Part shown: one piece after another, positions 12,500 through 25,718 of the stretch | Position numbering within the stretch: the stretch's first letter is position 1 | Layout of the letters: each line of letters opens with the position of its first letter | Assembly: GCF_004010195.1 (NCBI RefSeq) | Contig: NW_025215089.1 | Coordinates: 1 to 63,000, forward strand | Length of the DNA stretch: 63,000 bases | DNA from: Chiloscyllium plagiosum | Lineage: Eukaryota | Reading direction: 5' to 3' | The notes under the pieces: model-generated | What the model was told of the DNA's origin: nothing | Database searches by the model: none | Seen by the model: only the letters and a program-made list of their open reading frames with translations | Program-made: the position numbers and the translations under genes

Positions 12500-12870
12500 G
12501 GTGTTGTTGTGGAAATGCCATTGTATTACAAATCCAGGCCAGGTTAATGCTCTGACAGCTGGTGAAAGTTAAAAACAATTAATAAAATATCGAGATCGAA
12601 AATCTAGTGTCAGTAACAGTGACCCTGAATTCAACGTAGATTGGAAGCACCACTTTATTCCCCAATGTCCTTTCAGGAAGCAAATCTCGCATGCTTTCCT
12701 GGTCTGGCCTAAACGTGACGTCAGACACATAGACATGATGAACTCTTCAATAGTCTCCGAAAGGGCCAAGCAGACCACCAATTGTATCAAATTGCTCTGA
12801 GGTCTTCAAGGATAAACTTGATAGACCAACCATCACCAGGCTTAGAATTGGAAAAAGTATCAGGATACAC
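12500..12870 (+). mobile_element. Deu-domain SINE (SacSINE1-like), degenerate
   Basis: aatgtcctttcaggaagcaaatct...cctggtctggcctaaacgtgac resembles the Deu-SINE core; homologous to 31215-31359 and 34715-35092. Confidence 0.6.
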
Positions 12871-13189
12871 AGTCCTGCAGAGCCCTCCTTCCGAACACGT
12901 GACAGCTTGTGACAACATTTACAGAGCTTTCCCAAAGACTGCACGGTAACATCGGGAAAGGAGGAGATCATTCAACACATTGAGCCTCCACCCATTCTAG
13001 TTCATTTGATAATATCCCATCAATGCACTTTGCCCACACAATGTGCATATTCATTAATATGATTAACTATGATAAAAATATAAAAAGAGACATTTGATTA
13101 ATCCCTTTTGGTTCATTGAGTTTTCTACCATAATACAAAAATGAAGGCTGTTGCTCTATCTCTACATCATACACCTGTTCTCTCCATCT

Positions 13190-14420
13190 AGTGTATAGAG
13201 ATCCTCATTTATATTCAGTGCCTTGACTTCCACAGTCTTATGTGCGAGAAAGTCCCCCAGGTTCACCAGTCTCTGAGCGCAGATTTCTCTTGTCATCTCA
13301 ATGCAGAGTGACCTGTCTACCTAATATTGTGGGCACTTGTTTTAGACGTCCCAGCCAGGGGAATTACCATCCCTGATTCCAATCGGTTTCACCCTGTCAA
13401 AGAATTATATATGTCACTGAGATATCCACTCATTTTCCTAATCCCCAAGGAATACAGGCTCATTCGCCCGATACTCTTCTCCCACACAATCCTTTCATCC
13501 CAGAGATCAGTCTGGCTCTATTTCGCTGCTCTCCCTCAATGTCTGGTTTGTTGTTTGTCAGTTAAGTAGTCCAAAACCTCACACAATCCTCCACAATGTT
13601 CGAGATGAGGATCAACAAGTCCCTGTACAGTTGCAGTGAGATTCCATCACTGCTGGACTCAAATCCCCTGGAAATGAAGTGCAACGCCACATTTCTCTTC
13701 TTAACTGTTTTCCATTCCTGCAATATTGCTTTCGGTGACTGTAGTGAAAGGAGATCCAGACACTTTTCAGTGTTACAGCTACCCATGTGGGTCTATGTAC
13801 ACTGGTCAGCGTGCCAATGCCATTCCCAGTATTGACGTCTGGCTTCAGAACTCACTGTCCTGCATGGACCTCGGAGGGGTTTGCAGCGGAGAAAAGAAAA
13901 TGACCATAATTCACCTTATTCTAACAACGTTCTTTCAGCAATGCCTTTTCAAATGATATTTTGCCATTCTATTTTTCCCACCAAAGAGCACAACATCAGA
14001 TCTACACACATTGCTCTACAGCTGCCACGTATTTGCCCAGTCACTCCACTTGTCTCAATCATCTTGGAGCTTTATTACAACCTCCTCACCCACTACAATC
14101 CAACATCGGTTAGAACCAACAGCAGACTTGTAAATATTGCATTTGATCCTCTCAATCAAATGTTTGAGATGTACTGGGAATAGCTGATGCCGAAGCACCA
14201 CTGTCTCTGTTATCCATGTTGCTTTTGCTACAAAACAAGTCTATCTTTAAAGCGATACACTGCTTCCTGTGAGCTCGCCCATTCTAAAACCATGTTCATG
14301 TATTAGCCCCATTACCACTCGGTATGATTTTGCACTCTAGGCTTGGGACCTTATGAAAAAATATTCCTAAAAACACAAATGCACTGCATTCATTGTTTCT
14401 CCATACTGCATCGGACAGTC
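13190..14420 (-). mobile_element. Old, degenerate CR1-like LINE
   Basis: Minus-strand peptide FISRGFESSSDGISLQLYRDL resembles CR1 C-terminal FISRGIEYKS..MLQLY. Confidence 0.55.
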
Positions 14421-14496
14421 ATGTTAACTTTATCGATAACTATTACTTGCAACACAAAAGGTTTCTCCCAAATCATTTATTTGCAAACATCATTGT

Positions 14497-15087
14497 GTTG
14501 TCGAGAATGTGTTGCTGGGAATGCACAGCAGGTCAGGCAGCAAACGAGGAGCAGCAAATCAACGTTTCAGGCATCAGCCCTTCATCAGGAATGAGGCTTG
14601 TTGGAAAAAGCTGAGAGATAAATCGGACGGGGTTGGGGAGTTAGCTGAGAAGGCGATGTGTGTTTTAAGGTGATGGAGAAAGTGATAGTTCTGAGGGAGG
14701 AGGGATGGACAGTTCTGGTGGGCAGTGTCGAGTGGGATAATGTAGGGGGAGAGGAAGTGAGGAGGCTGTTAAAATCCACATTTATCCCATGTGTTTCTAG
14801 GGTCCCAAGGCGAAATACGAGGCATTCTTCATTCAGGCGTCGAGATGCAACGGTTGGCTGGACCTGCATGTCGTTGATGGAGAGGGCGCGGGTGCTGAAG
14901 TGTTGAGCCAGAGGGCAGTGGGGTTGGTGGGTGCGGGTGACCCAGAGATGTTCCGTGAAACGATCCACAAGAAAGGAAGACAGAGCGCCTTGTCTCCCCT
15001 TCCAGATTCCGCATGTCTCCCAGAATATCTGAGGCAGTTCACGATACAACCTCCAACATAACATCCCCAGCACCTGCACTAACTTTT
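14497..15087 (-). mobile_element. Neptune-type PLE 3' fragment (family B), degenerate
   Basis: DRFTEHLW...PLAQHF...RRLNEECLVFRLGTLETHGINVDF matches the C-terminus of 23929-25718. Confidence 0.85.
14557..14592 (-). ncRNA. Minimal type-I hammerhead ribozyme motif, core intact (GUU triplet)
   Basis: Minus strand: attc-CTGATGA-a-gggc-tgat-gcct-GAAAC-GTT-gatt. Confidence 0.75.
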
Positions 15088-16908
15088 CAACAACGGGGGA
15101 CAGTTAGAAGTCCGGAAACTGAAAGATAGATGCCTGACCGTTCAGAATAATACTTGAGGGACTTCCTCGTGTTACTGACCACACAATCAGCTGGGAGGGA
15201 AAAACAGGCGGTCTGGGGACAGGCACAGACCAAGTTACAAAGACATACGTCAAAGCTGCTGAAAAGCACCTCTCTCCAACATGGAGCACCATATGGGACA
15301 CAATGGGAAGTGAATAACGGCCCGAAACACACCATTTCATTTTTTCTGATCTACAAAATGCCAACACTCGACACACTGAGAAGTCAAAAGCCAAGTTCAG
15401 GGAAAGACACAGAAAGACAAGTAATTAATTAATTAATTGCTAACATGTTGTGAACTTATGGATAAGGAGAAAGGAGAGTAGAACTAACTGCAGAAGTGAG
15501 ACAATGGTTGGCCCAATCACAAGGACGAGAAAATTCAATAAAGACATTGTCAGATCAGTAGAAATGGTTTGTCACATCAAGTTCTGAATCTGCCTCATCG
15601 AACCGCCCCAGACACTATAAACGGGGCAAGGTACCAGCCAGAATGGAGAGATGTGCAGACCGTTCGAGTGGAGTACTTCATAAATTGGGATATCTGTGTT
15701 GCAAACCATTGCAGTATATCACTCATATCCATCGAGTGAAAGTAAATGAACTCCCATAAATGTATAGTTCTGTATCTCATTTGCACAAGTATAAGGTAAT
15801 ACATTATGTGTATTTGTGTGGGTGTGTTGCTTGCAGTCGATATGAAAACCGTTCTTTTGAGATAGAATACGCATGGAGGAAATCAGTTCAAATGTGAACA
15901 ACTGGCAAAGGTTTGGGTAGTCAACATAGAGAGACTAAACACCATGTTATAAACAGAGAATGTATCTTTTAAAAGATGTATTGTGATTTACATATGAAAG
16001 AAATAATCTGGGTGTTTTTCAATGTATAGTTTCAATTACATCCCACTATAAAACGGGCTATAAATTCTATTGTACTATAAGTTGGTGATTTTTAACTTTG
16101 TACACCCCAGTCCAACACCAGCGTCTTCGAATCATGACTGAACAAATCGGTTCCGTTAAACTCTTACTTACAGAATTTTTATATCATAATAAAAGGGAAC
16201 ATTTACTCGGTCTGGATGGAATGGCCTCATCCTATCCCTCTGTACCAGGATCAATAGGATGAATGGCCTTCTCCTCAGCGTGTATAGCAGGCCGGAGGCA
16301 TTAAATGTCGCAGCAACCCTTGGATGATAAATAGCTAGTTAACAGTATTTGCTGGAGCTCTCACCCTTCTCAGTTACAGAAAACAAACAACACTATTTAC
16401 TCCAGGTGTCCTTTCATTAACACCTCGTGCAGCTGCAGTAACACTTCTCTATGTTTTGACTCATTCCTTTTGCAAAATGTGCCAAATTTCAGCTTTCCAA
16501 CTCTTTAAGTAGGAAAAGGCTCGTATGGGCTGACGAACCTCCTCATATCCCTCTGTAACAGGCACATTGTGTCATATTGGTTTCTCCCCGTTCCTGAGCT
16601 GCAGTCTCGGTGCTCCGAACGATGTCTCAATGTTCAGAAAGGCCTTAATAACTGAGCATTTTAAACTTGGAGCAGCATTGCACAAAGTCAGTGAACAATA
16701 AATATTTTTATGTTGCTTTATGGCCTCTAGACATGGCTCCATCAGTCATTTCATACAGCTGGTCTGTTGTTTTATCTCTATCTTGTTTTATAAACAGGTT
16801 GGGACATGTGCAACCCTGCACTGATCTGGCACTATTCACAAATACAAGGATTAAAATGATTGAAAGGTTTATGGTCTATCCCTCAGCAAGCGTCATCCAT
16901 TCTGTTGT

Positions 16909-17610
16909 TGTAACACGCCGGTAAAAACTTCTGCTAATTAAACCACGCACACAGAAAAGCTCATCTTGCCTCGTAATCTGTTAAAGCATGGGTGACAGAG
17001 AACTACCCCAAATATCATGTTTAACAATAAAACTAAGAATTCTAAAGTGACCATTAAACAACAAAATATTCCAACTCCGAGCCTGCATTGTCTAAAATAT
17101 TTAGCTAACTTCTACTCTGTAACAATATATTGATCCAATAAAGCCCCTATTAAATTTACAGCCTATAACATTCAAAACCAGCCAGCAGTGTCGATCCTCC
17201 TCTGCAGAACTCCCCGGGTCATCTTTGGCCATCTGCTGCAGATTTATATATATATAGTTTAAAAAGGTACCTTTTAGAGAGAGTTGCAGTCGTTCAATGT
17301 CAGAAGGTGCTCTTTTTATTGCTAACTGTCTGTAATGTTGGCATTTTATACCCCAAAACAGTGGATCATCTCATTGGTTCCATGCTGTCAAAACAGCAAA
17401 ATTCATATTCGATTGACTTTTAGAATATTGGGACATAATTTAAACAGGTTGTTTGAATTCGAAGTGCTGTGAAAACAACAAGGTTTCTTATGTTACAGCC
17501 AAAATGTTTCATTTTAAAATTGTCCAGGACATTTTGTGCCTGCAGTCAGCCACATGACAGCTTTTCAACTTTCTCTTAAAGGTATTCTTTCAAATTCATC
17601 ACTTTATAAC
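16909..17610 (-). mobile_element. Solo LTR, copy 1 of an unnamed family
   Basis: Starts tgtaaca; shares cctcgtaatctgtt, ttttatacccc and cataatttaa blocks with 47388-48175 and (reverse) 51965-52648. Confidence 0.65.
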
Positions 17611-18224
17611 TTCTCCAGAGTGTGTCACCAAGTACTCTAAGCTTCTTGAATGTACACAGCAGCTTAAAACATAACTTCCACGGAAACAATCCCCAGCATT
17701 TCTAGTAAATTTTCAATAACCGAATCAAATTAAATGTCACTGAATGACAAGTTAGAATCCTCGTCTGAAGCAAACACTGTTCAAGGGATTCCTCATGCAA
17801 CTCAGCAACTGATTAGCAAAGAGTGTTTAACGCGGGCTTTCAGTAAATAGGCTCAGCACAAGTTATAAAGACGTGTCTGAAAGCTGCTGAAATCCCATTA
17901 TCCAACATGAAGCACGGTGCAGGACAAAAACCGCAAGCTATGCTTTTAAAAACAAACTTTTCCTCAGCTTCTTATTAGTGGAATCTACTGCTCTAGGGTA
18001 AGCATCACTAAAGGCCAGGGAAAGATACAGGACAGTTATTCACATTAAAACTGAATGTCAGTTTGATTAACAACAAATGTGAGGGTTTGGAAAGTAGACA
18101 GCGCGAGAGACACTGGGAGAGAGCATTGTCGAAGGATCTGTTCACAGGTTTCAGGATGCTGAAATTAAGACATTTCAACAGTAATGATGCAGAAACAGAA
18201 TTTTGGTTTGAGCTCAGACAGTGT

Positions 18225-19460
18225 CAGAGAGTCATGGAGATGTATAACATTGAAATAAACCGTTCCATGCAACTGATCCCTGCTGAACAGATATCCTAAA
18301 ATAATCTAGCCACACTTGCCAGCGTTTTGCCTATATCACTCTAAACGGTTTGTAGTCATATACCTATCCAAATGCATTTTAAATGTTGTAATTGTACCCG
18401 CCTCCACCACATCCTGTGGCAGTTGATTCCAAACATACACCACCCACTGGATGAAAAAGTTGTTCCTTAGGTCCCTTTTAATTGTTTTCCTCCCTCACCT
18501 TAGATTGTAACCATCTAGTTTGGGGAAAAGACCTTTGATATTCACCCTGTCCATGCCCCTCACGCTCCAGTAAAAGTAGCACCAAACTATTCAAACGGTC
18601 TCTAAAGCTCAAGTACTAACAACATTCTTGTAAATATTTTCTGATCCTCTTCAAGTTTCACAACGTCTTTCCCACAGGAGGAAAGCTAGAATTGAATGCA
18701 GTATTTGAAAAGTGATGGAACTACTGTCCTGTACATGACGTCCCAACTCCTATAGTCAAACTGCTGACCAATAACGACAAACATACCAAAGCCTTTTCAC
18801 AATCCCGTCTAACTGTGACTGCACTTTCAATGAGCCATGAACCTGCACTCCAAGGTCTCTTTGTTTATCGACGCAGGATCTGCTCATTGAGTGGATAAGT
18901 CTTGCAATGATTTGTCTCTCCAAAATATAGCACTTCACATTTATCTATAGTAAATGCCATATGCCTCTCCTCAGCCTATTGGCCCATCTAATCACGATCC
19001 CGTTGTACTGGAAGGTAACCTTCTTCCCTGTCCACTACACGATAAATTTTGGTGATATCTTCAACCTTACCAACTGACCGTCCTATGCTCACATCCAATG
19101 CATTCACTTAAGCAATGAAAACTAGTGGAACCAGCACCAATCCTTATGGCACGCCTCTGGTCACAGCCTAGCAGTTCAAAAATAAATCTACACTACAACC
19201 CTCAACTCCGACCTTCAAGTCAATTTTCTCATCAAATGGCTAGTTCTCCCTGTATTCCACATACACTATTCTTGTTAACCGGTCTACCAGGTGGAAAGTT
19301 GTCAAATCACTTACGGAGGTCCATTTCTCTGCCTCAATGAAGCGTCTTAGTCACTTGTTCAGAAAACTCAGCCATTTTACCGACACAAAAATTCCCATGC
19401 TTAAATCTATGTTTACTATTCCTAATCAGTGCATGCCTTTCAAAATCCATGCAAATCCTG
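18225..19460 (-). mobile_element. Degenerate CR1 LINE
   Basis: VDKQRDLGVQVHGSLKV peptide; CR1-type 3' end near 18225. Confidence 0.75.
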
Positions 19461-19479
19461 TGACTGGGCCGCTAGAGTT

Positions 19480-20610
19480 ATGAAAATTTATGTATTGGAA
19501 AAGTTCATGGTAGTGAAGGTTGGTAAGCTGCTGGACAAGATGAATGATGAATTTAGAGGGCTGCATAGATAGTGTTGGAGAATTGAGCTCGCTGGATAAC
19601 ACTTTTGGTATCTGGTAGAGATACGATGGGTCAATGGCCTCCTTCTGCACTGTCAATTCCTCAATTGAGGAGGGAGGAAAAAGTTTATCAAAACTCTTTA
19701 GATGATGGAAAAGCATCCTACAGACTGCAAATTAACCTGTCTGAAAGCAAAATAGATGAACAGAAAACCAACAGATCGATAACTTGACGTCGGGCATGAG
19801 GAAAATATTTGCATTTTTTTGTAATTAAGAATAACCAGACCCTCGGTGAATAATGATATGATTTAGCAGAGTCAGCCGAGATTCATGACAGGGAAATTAT
19901 TTTTGATAAAAATACAGGAGTTTATGGAGAATGTTAGTTGTGACATCGACGAAGGAGAACAGGTGGGAGTAGTGTATTTTAATCTGAGAAGATATTTTGA
20001 CATGGTTGCATACAGGTGAGTGACGAAAGTAACAGTGTAGCGTAAGGGAGAATATATTAAATGAATTGAGAATTGAATGATGGAGAGAATACTGAGAGCA
20101 GGGCCCTGTTGTGTTCTGAAGACTACTACTCATTGATATCTCATGTATGAGTCGTTGAAACACCACTATTCACAAGGCAAGTAAATGATTTGAACATCAA
20201 ATGATGTGAGCACCGTATACAGTACTTTCCATTTTGTATTTCTTAGAATGTGAGAAGGAGGGAAGCACTTTTCTCGAAACGGACCTTGATGTCCTTGGTC
20301 ATAAGTCGCTAACAGAATTCATGCAGGCCATGTATGAATCACTACAGTGAATTGTATGTCACCCTTCATTACAAAATGAATCGAGGTCGGAGTAAAGCTG
20401 GAGAGAGTTCTTGAAGCAGTATTTGGGATATTCTGGACAGAGGTTCGCTCCTTTATAAGCAAAAATCTCCACGTCAGAGAGACAGTGCAAAGGATTTTCA
20501 CCAGACTAATCCCTGGGTTAATGATACTATGAGGAGAGTGTGAAGGAAATAAGTGTTCAATTTGTAGCACGCTGACAGAATAAGAGGTGATTGTATTAAA
20601 TGTTGAAGAT
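19480..20610 (+). mobile_element. Highly degenerate CR1-like LINE
   Basis: agtcagccgagattcatgacagggaaa (SQHGF-like) and gcaaaggattttcaccagactaatccctggg. Confidence 0.5.
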
Positions 20611-20800
20611 TATGGACTAACACTCATTATGTCGAGTGAAAGACATTGATGGCATAAGAAATTGTATTTTCGCGATGTTACCTTGCCGGATAATTTACGT
20701 ATCTCTGTGGGCCCCCCATATTAGGGGAGACAGAGCTCCAGGCTCGGAATACACTCTCATGATCTAAATGTGCAGTTGGTTTGTGACCCTTCAGTGAACA

Positions 20801-21866
20801 TCATAGAACATAGAACATAGAACAGCACAGAACAGGCCTTTCAGCCCACGATGTTGTGCCGATCACTGATCCTCATGTATGCACCCTCAAATTTCTGTGA
20901 CCAAATGCATGTCCAGGAGTCTCTTAAATGTCCCCAATGACCCTGCCTCCACAACTGCTGCTGGCAACGCATTCCATGCTCTCATAACTCTCTGTGTAAA
21001 GAACCCGCCTCTGACATCCCCTCTATATTTTCCTTTAACCAGCTTAAAACTATGACCCCTCGTGTTTGTCATTTCTGCCCTGGGAAATAGTCTCTGGCTA
21101 TCGACTCTATACATGCCTCTCATTATCTTGTATACCTCAATTAGGGCCCCTCTTCTCCTCCTTTTCTCCAATGAAAACATCCGAGCTCAGTCAACCTCTC
21201 CTCATAAGATAAGCCCTCCAGTCCAGGCAGCATCCTGGTAAACCTCCTCTGAACCCACTCCAAAGCATCCACATCTTTCTTACAATAGGGCGACCAGAAC
21301 TGGACGCAGTATTGCAAGTGCTCTCTAACCAAAGTTTTATAGAGCTGCAAAAAGATCTCACGACTCTTAAACTCAATCCCCCTCTTAATGAATGCCAAAA
21401 CACCATATGCTTTCTTAACAACCCTGTCTACTTGGGTGGCCATTTTAAGGGATCTATGTACCTGCACCCCAAGATCCCTCTGTTCCTACACACTGACAAG
21501 AATTTTATCCTTAATCCTGTACACAGTTTTCAAATTCGACCTTCCAAAATGCATCGCCTCGCATTTATCCAGGTTGAACTCCATCTGCCACCTCTCAGCC
21601 CATCTCTGCATCCTGTCAATGTCCCGCTGCAGCCTACAACAGCCCTGTATACTGTCAACGACACCTCCAACCTTTGTGTCATCTGCAAACTTGCTGACCC
21701 ATCCTTCAATCCCCTCACCCAAGTCATTAATAAAAATTACAAACAGTAGAGGCCCAAGGACAGAGCCCTGTGGAACACCACTCACCACTGACTTCCAGGG
21801 AGAATATTTTCCTTCTACTACCATTCGCTGTCTCTGTTGGCCAGCCAATTCTGTATCCAGACAGCT
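20801..21866 (-). mobile_element. Young 5'-truncated CR1 LINE (RT C-terminus + 3' UTR)
   Basis: SGVPQGSVLGPLLFVIFINDL, SKFADDTKVGG, YCVQFWSP, FFTQRVMRAWNALP; only one stop and one frameshift; (atagaac)n tail. Confidence 0.95.
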
Positions 21867-22429
21867 ATGTTCATGTTGTTCATAAATCTGTCAGCAAGCA
21901 TATTGTCTTATTCCTGAAAGAGGTAGCAAGTTCCACCGGCTTCTGACCTCGAAACAGAACACTAGCCTGTCTTATTGGAGATGGAAGTTGCCTTCTTGAG
22001 ACACGGCACAAAACAAGCACTGTCCTTCCTCACCGTCGGCAAACCACTATAAAATAGCACCTGTGTACCATTAACACCGGAGTCAGGCGGAACAACGTGG
22101 AGCAGTCTGTCCGTCCAGTCTTTGCTTATTGGTTTGTCATGTTGGGACGTTGATATAATCCTCCTTTTTGAGGGGCCTGAGGGACTGAATGCTCCTGATC
22201 CAGTTGAAGAAGCTCAAGGACATGATTTGGAGATTGCTGGTTCCTGTTTAATAGCTCAACACTTTGACTAGTTTCTTTCTCTTCCTGTTTAAACAACAGG
22301 CGGGAGAGAATGGGCTATCCCTCTTATCTAATACTTGCGGCGGGGGGGCTTATTAGCTTCATCATATTCCTATAAATCAATCTTGAGGTGCTCAATAAGC
22401 TCCTTACTTTCTATGGGGAAATATGCACT

Positions 22430-22860
22430 GTCTCGCAGTACTGTTACATGTATTGGATCCACACTTTAACAGCACAAGCCTAAATGTTGTCCGAGTCTTG
22501 CCACACATGAACATACACCACTTCAGGAGATGAGCGGGGCACATTGTTGTGAACATTGTGTAATCTTCAGTAGCTATCCGCACTTCTGATCTTATGATGG
22601 GCGTATCATATTGATGATGCAGCTGAAGATGTTTGTGCCGAGTAATCTACCCTGAGGATGGCCTGCAGTAATGTCCCATGACAGAAATGGTAGATGTCCA
22701 CGAACCCACAAACATTTCCTGAGTGCTCTGAATCACTCCAAAAAGTGGGGAGCTTACTCCTAGTGCCATTAAGTTCAATTTTCTTCGAGTTTCTCGATAT
22801 CAACCTCAGTTAAGTCTTACTTGATATGAGAACCTGACACTCTTTCCTTGTGTGCATATA
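22430..22860 (-). mobile_element. Degenerate L2/Crack-like LINE RT fragment
   Basis: Reverse complement reads cctcagggtagattactcggcacaaacatcttcagctgcatcatcaat (PQGS.LGP.IF..FIN-like). Confidence 0.55.
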
Positions 22861-23235
22861 TTTTATTCATGTTAATAGGTCACGGTGTACGTGTGGTGAG
22901 TGCTTCGTTCTTTCAGAGGGTAGTCACTGTCGGGACCCTTCCTCTCCAGAGAGTTAGGGGAGATCGATCACTTTTGAATTTTGGAAGAAAGGTATTGGTA
23001 GATGTTTGACATGTCAGGTAGTTCAGGAGTTGGGGCCGAGAGTAGATCAGCCATGCTCTGATTGAAGGGAAAGTTAGGCTTTAAGAGCTGAGTGACCGAC
23101 ACCAGCTTCTTATGTTCTTTCATTCTGTTATTAGTGGTTTCACTGTTTTTTATATTTTCCCAGAAGATTTGTGAAGGTATTTTGCAGTCAGAGAGACCGT
23201 ATGATTTTGCGAGTAAGTCTGGGTGCGGCATCAGG

Positions 23236-23374
23236 CATGTATTCACAGTGAATCTTGGTGTACAACATGACTAATAAATGGACACAGGGGAACTTCTGCA
23301 AGAAACATGTATTCACAGTGAATCTTGGTGTACAACATGGCTAATAAATGGACACAGGGGAACTTCTGCAAGAA
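23236..23374. repeat. 70-bp tandem duplication (2 copies)
   Basis: 23236-23305 vs 23306-23374, one substitution. Confidence 0.95.
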
Positions 23375-23928
23375 GAAACGAAACGAGGGGAATGTTTCAC
23401 TAACACCTACTCAACCCCAAGAACGTTTTCCGATCCATATCAAACCATGTTTTACTGTGAGCAGGGGCTGAATTTTCTCCGTTTTTTTTCTGTGCACCAG
23501 TTACAAGGAGAAAGTGGTCTTCAACTGCTCCTGTCTAGCGATTTTGAGGAGCTGGCTGAAATGTGGTGACGTAGAACTGACGAGCAGGAGTTGTTTCATG
23601 CTCCACCTGGCACAAAGATTGTGGCTGATCAGATTGTGGCTTCACTTTCCCATCTGTGGTTCATGATCATCGAGTCACTTTTCCGAAAAATATTTAACTA
23701 ACGCAAAGCTTTGAATAAATGCACACACACAGGTACCACAGACTTGTGGAGAAGATAATTCCCATCAAACGGCCTTTTGAGAATTTCTCCTGATTCCTCT
23801 TCCGACTGTAGTTGGAGAATCGCTGTTTCCTTTTCTAGTCCCACTTCTCCATAGATCCCACCAAATTCGATATGTGACCAAATGTGTCTTGTGGCAGTTG
23901 ATATCGGTCTCAGATTTGGTCAGGTTCA

Positions 23929-25718
23929 AGAACTTAGTCCAAGAACTCCCCACCTACGTTCAGGTCACCACCCACGCCCTCCACCTCCTCCATGATTTTC
24001 ACTTGCCCGGCCCCCAAAGCCTTATCTTCACCATGGACATCCAGTCCCTATACATCTCCATCCCTCATCACGAAGGCCTCAACCCCCTCCGCTTCTTTCT
24101 TTCCCGCCGAACCTACCAGTAACCTTCCACTGACAACCTCCTTCGACTGACTGAACTGGTCCTCACTCTGAACAACTTCTCTATCCAATCCTCCCACTTC
24201 CTCCAAACCAAAGGAGTAGCCATGGGCACCCGCATGGGCCCCAGCTATACCTGCCTCTTCGTCGGATATGTGGAACAGTCCATCTTCCGCAGCTACACTG
24301 GCACCACACCACACCTTTTCCTCTGCTACATCAATGATTGTATTGGTGCTATCTCGAGCTCCCACGAGGAGGTTGAACAGTTCATCCACTTTACTAACAC
24401 CTTCCACCCCGACCTCAAATTTACCTGGACCGCCTCAGACTCCTCCCTCGCCTTTCTGGACCTTTCCATTTCTATCTCGGGCGACCGACTCAACACATTC
24501 ATTTACTATAAACGACCCACTCCCACAGCTACCTAAATTACACCTCCTCCCACCCTGCCCCCTGTTTAAATGCCATCCCACATTCCCAATTCCTTCGTCT
24601 CCGCCGCAGCTGCTCCCAGGAGGACCAATTTCATTACTGAACAACCCAGATGGCCTCCTTCTTCGAAGACCGCAATTTCCCCTCAGACGTGGTTGACGAT
24701 GCTCTCCACCACATCACATTCACTTCGCGCTCCTACGCCCTTGAGCCCAGCCCCTCCAATCGCCACCAGGACAGAACCCCTCTGGTCCATACGTACCACC
24801 CCACCAACCTCCAGGTACATCGTATCATTCTTCGTCATTTCTGCACCCTCCAAACAGACCCCACCACTAAGGATATATTTTCCTCCCCTCCCCTATCTGC
24901 GATTCAGAAAGACCACTCCCACCGCGACTCCCTCGTCAGGGCCACACCCCTCATCAACCCGACCTCCACTCCCGGCACCTTCCCCTGCAACTGCAAGAAA
25001 TGCAAAACTTGTGCCCACAACTCTCTCCCTCACTTCCCTCCAAGGCCCGAAGGGATCCTTCAATATCCGTCACAAATTCACCTGCACATCCACACACATC
25101 ATTTTCTGCATCCGCTGCACCCGATGTGGCCTCCTCTACATTGGGCAGACAGGCTGCCTACTTGTGGAACATTTCACAGAACACCTCTGGGACACCCGCA
25201 ACAATTAACCCAACCGCCCCGTGGCTGAACACTTTAACTCCCCCTCCCACTCCGCCAAGGACATGCAGGTCCTTGGCCTCCTCCATCGCCAAACCATGGC
25301 AACATGACGCCTGGAGGAAGAGCGCCTCATCTTCCGCCTACGAACCCGCCAACCACAAAGGATGAATGCAGATTTCTCCAGCTTTCTCATTTCCCCTCAT
25401 CCCACCTTATCTCAGTCCCAACCCTCGGACTCAGCACCGCCTCCATGTCCTGCAATCTTCTTCCCGACCACTCTGCCTCCACCCCCTCTCTGGCCTGTAA
25501 CCCTCACCTTAACTTCCTTCCACTTATCGCATTTCCAACGCCCCTCCCGCAAGTCCCTCCTCCCTACCTTTTATCTTAGCCTGCTTGGCACACCTTCCTC
25601 ATTCCTGAAGAAGGGCTCATGCCCGAAAGGATGATTCTCCTGCTCCTTGGATGCTGTCTCACCTGCTGCACTTTTACAGCAACACATTTTTCAGCAACTG
25701 CAATCCTCACTTTCTCAT
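23929..25718 (+). mobile_element. Neptune-type Penelope-like element (family B), 5'-truncated: RT + Cys-rich linker + GIY-YIG + pLTR, 9-bp TSD
   Basis: TMDIQSLY, MGTRMGPSY, CYIND (YIDD-derived), FPCNCKKCKTC linker, IIFCIRCTRCGLLYIGQTG; tcaggttca at 23920-23928 and 25719-25727. Confidence 0.93.
25601..25637 (+). ncRNA. Hammerhead motif, degenerate (stem III/cleavage triplet lost)
   Basis: attc-CTGAAGA-a-gggc-tcat-gccc-GAAAG-GAT-gatt. Confidence 0.65.

Noticed and set aside
16200..16600. Short recurring gaatggcct...cctctgta motifs
   Set aside because: Look like decayed CR1-tail-derived simple repeats; too degenerate to define
24222..25228. Long ORFs as a host gene or active RT
   Set aside because: Frameshifted pieces of one PLE with the catalytic YIDD changed to YIND
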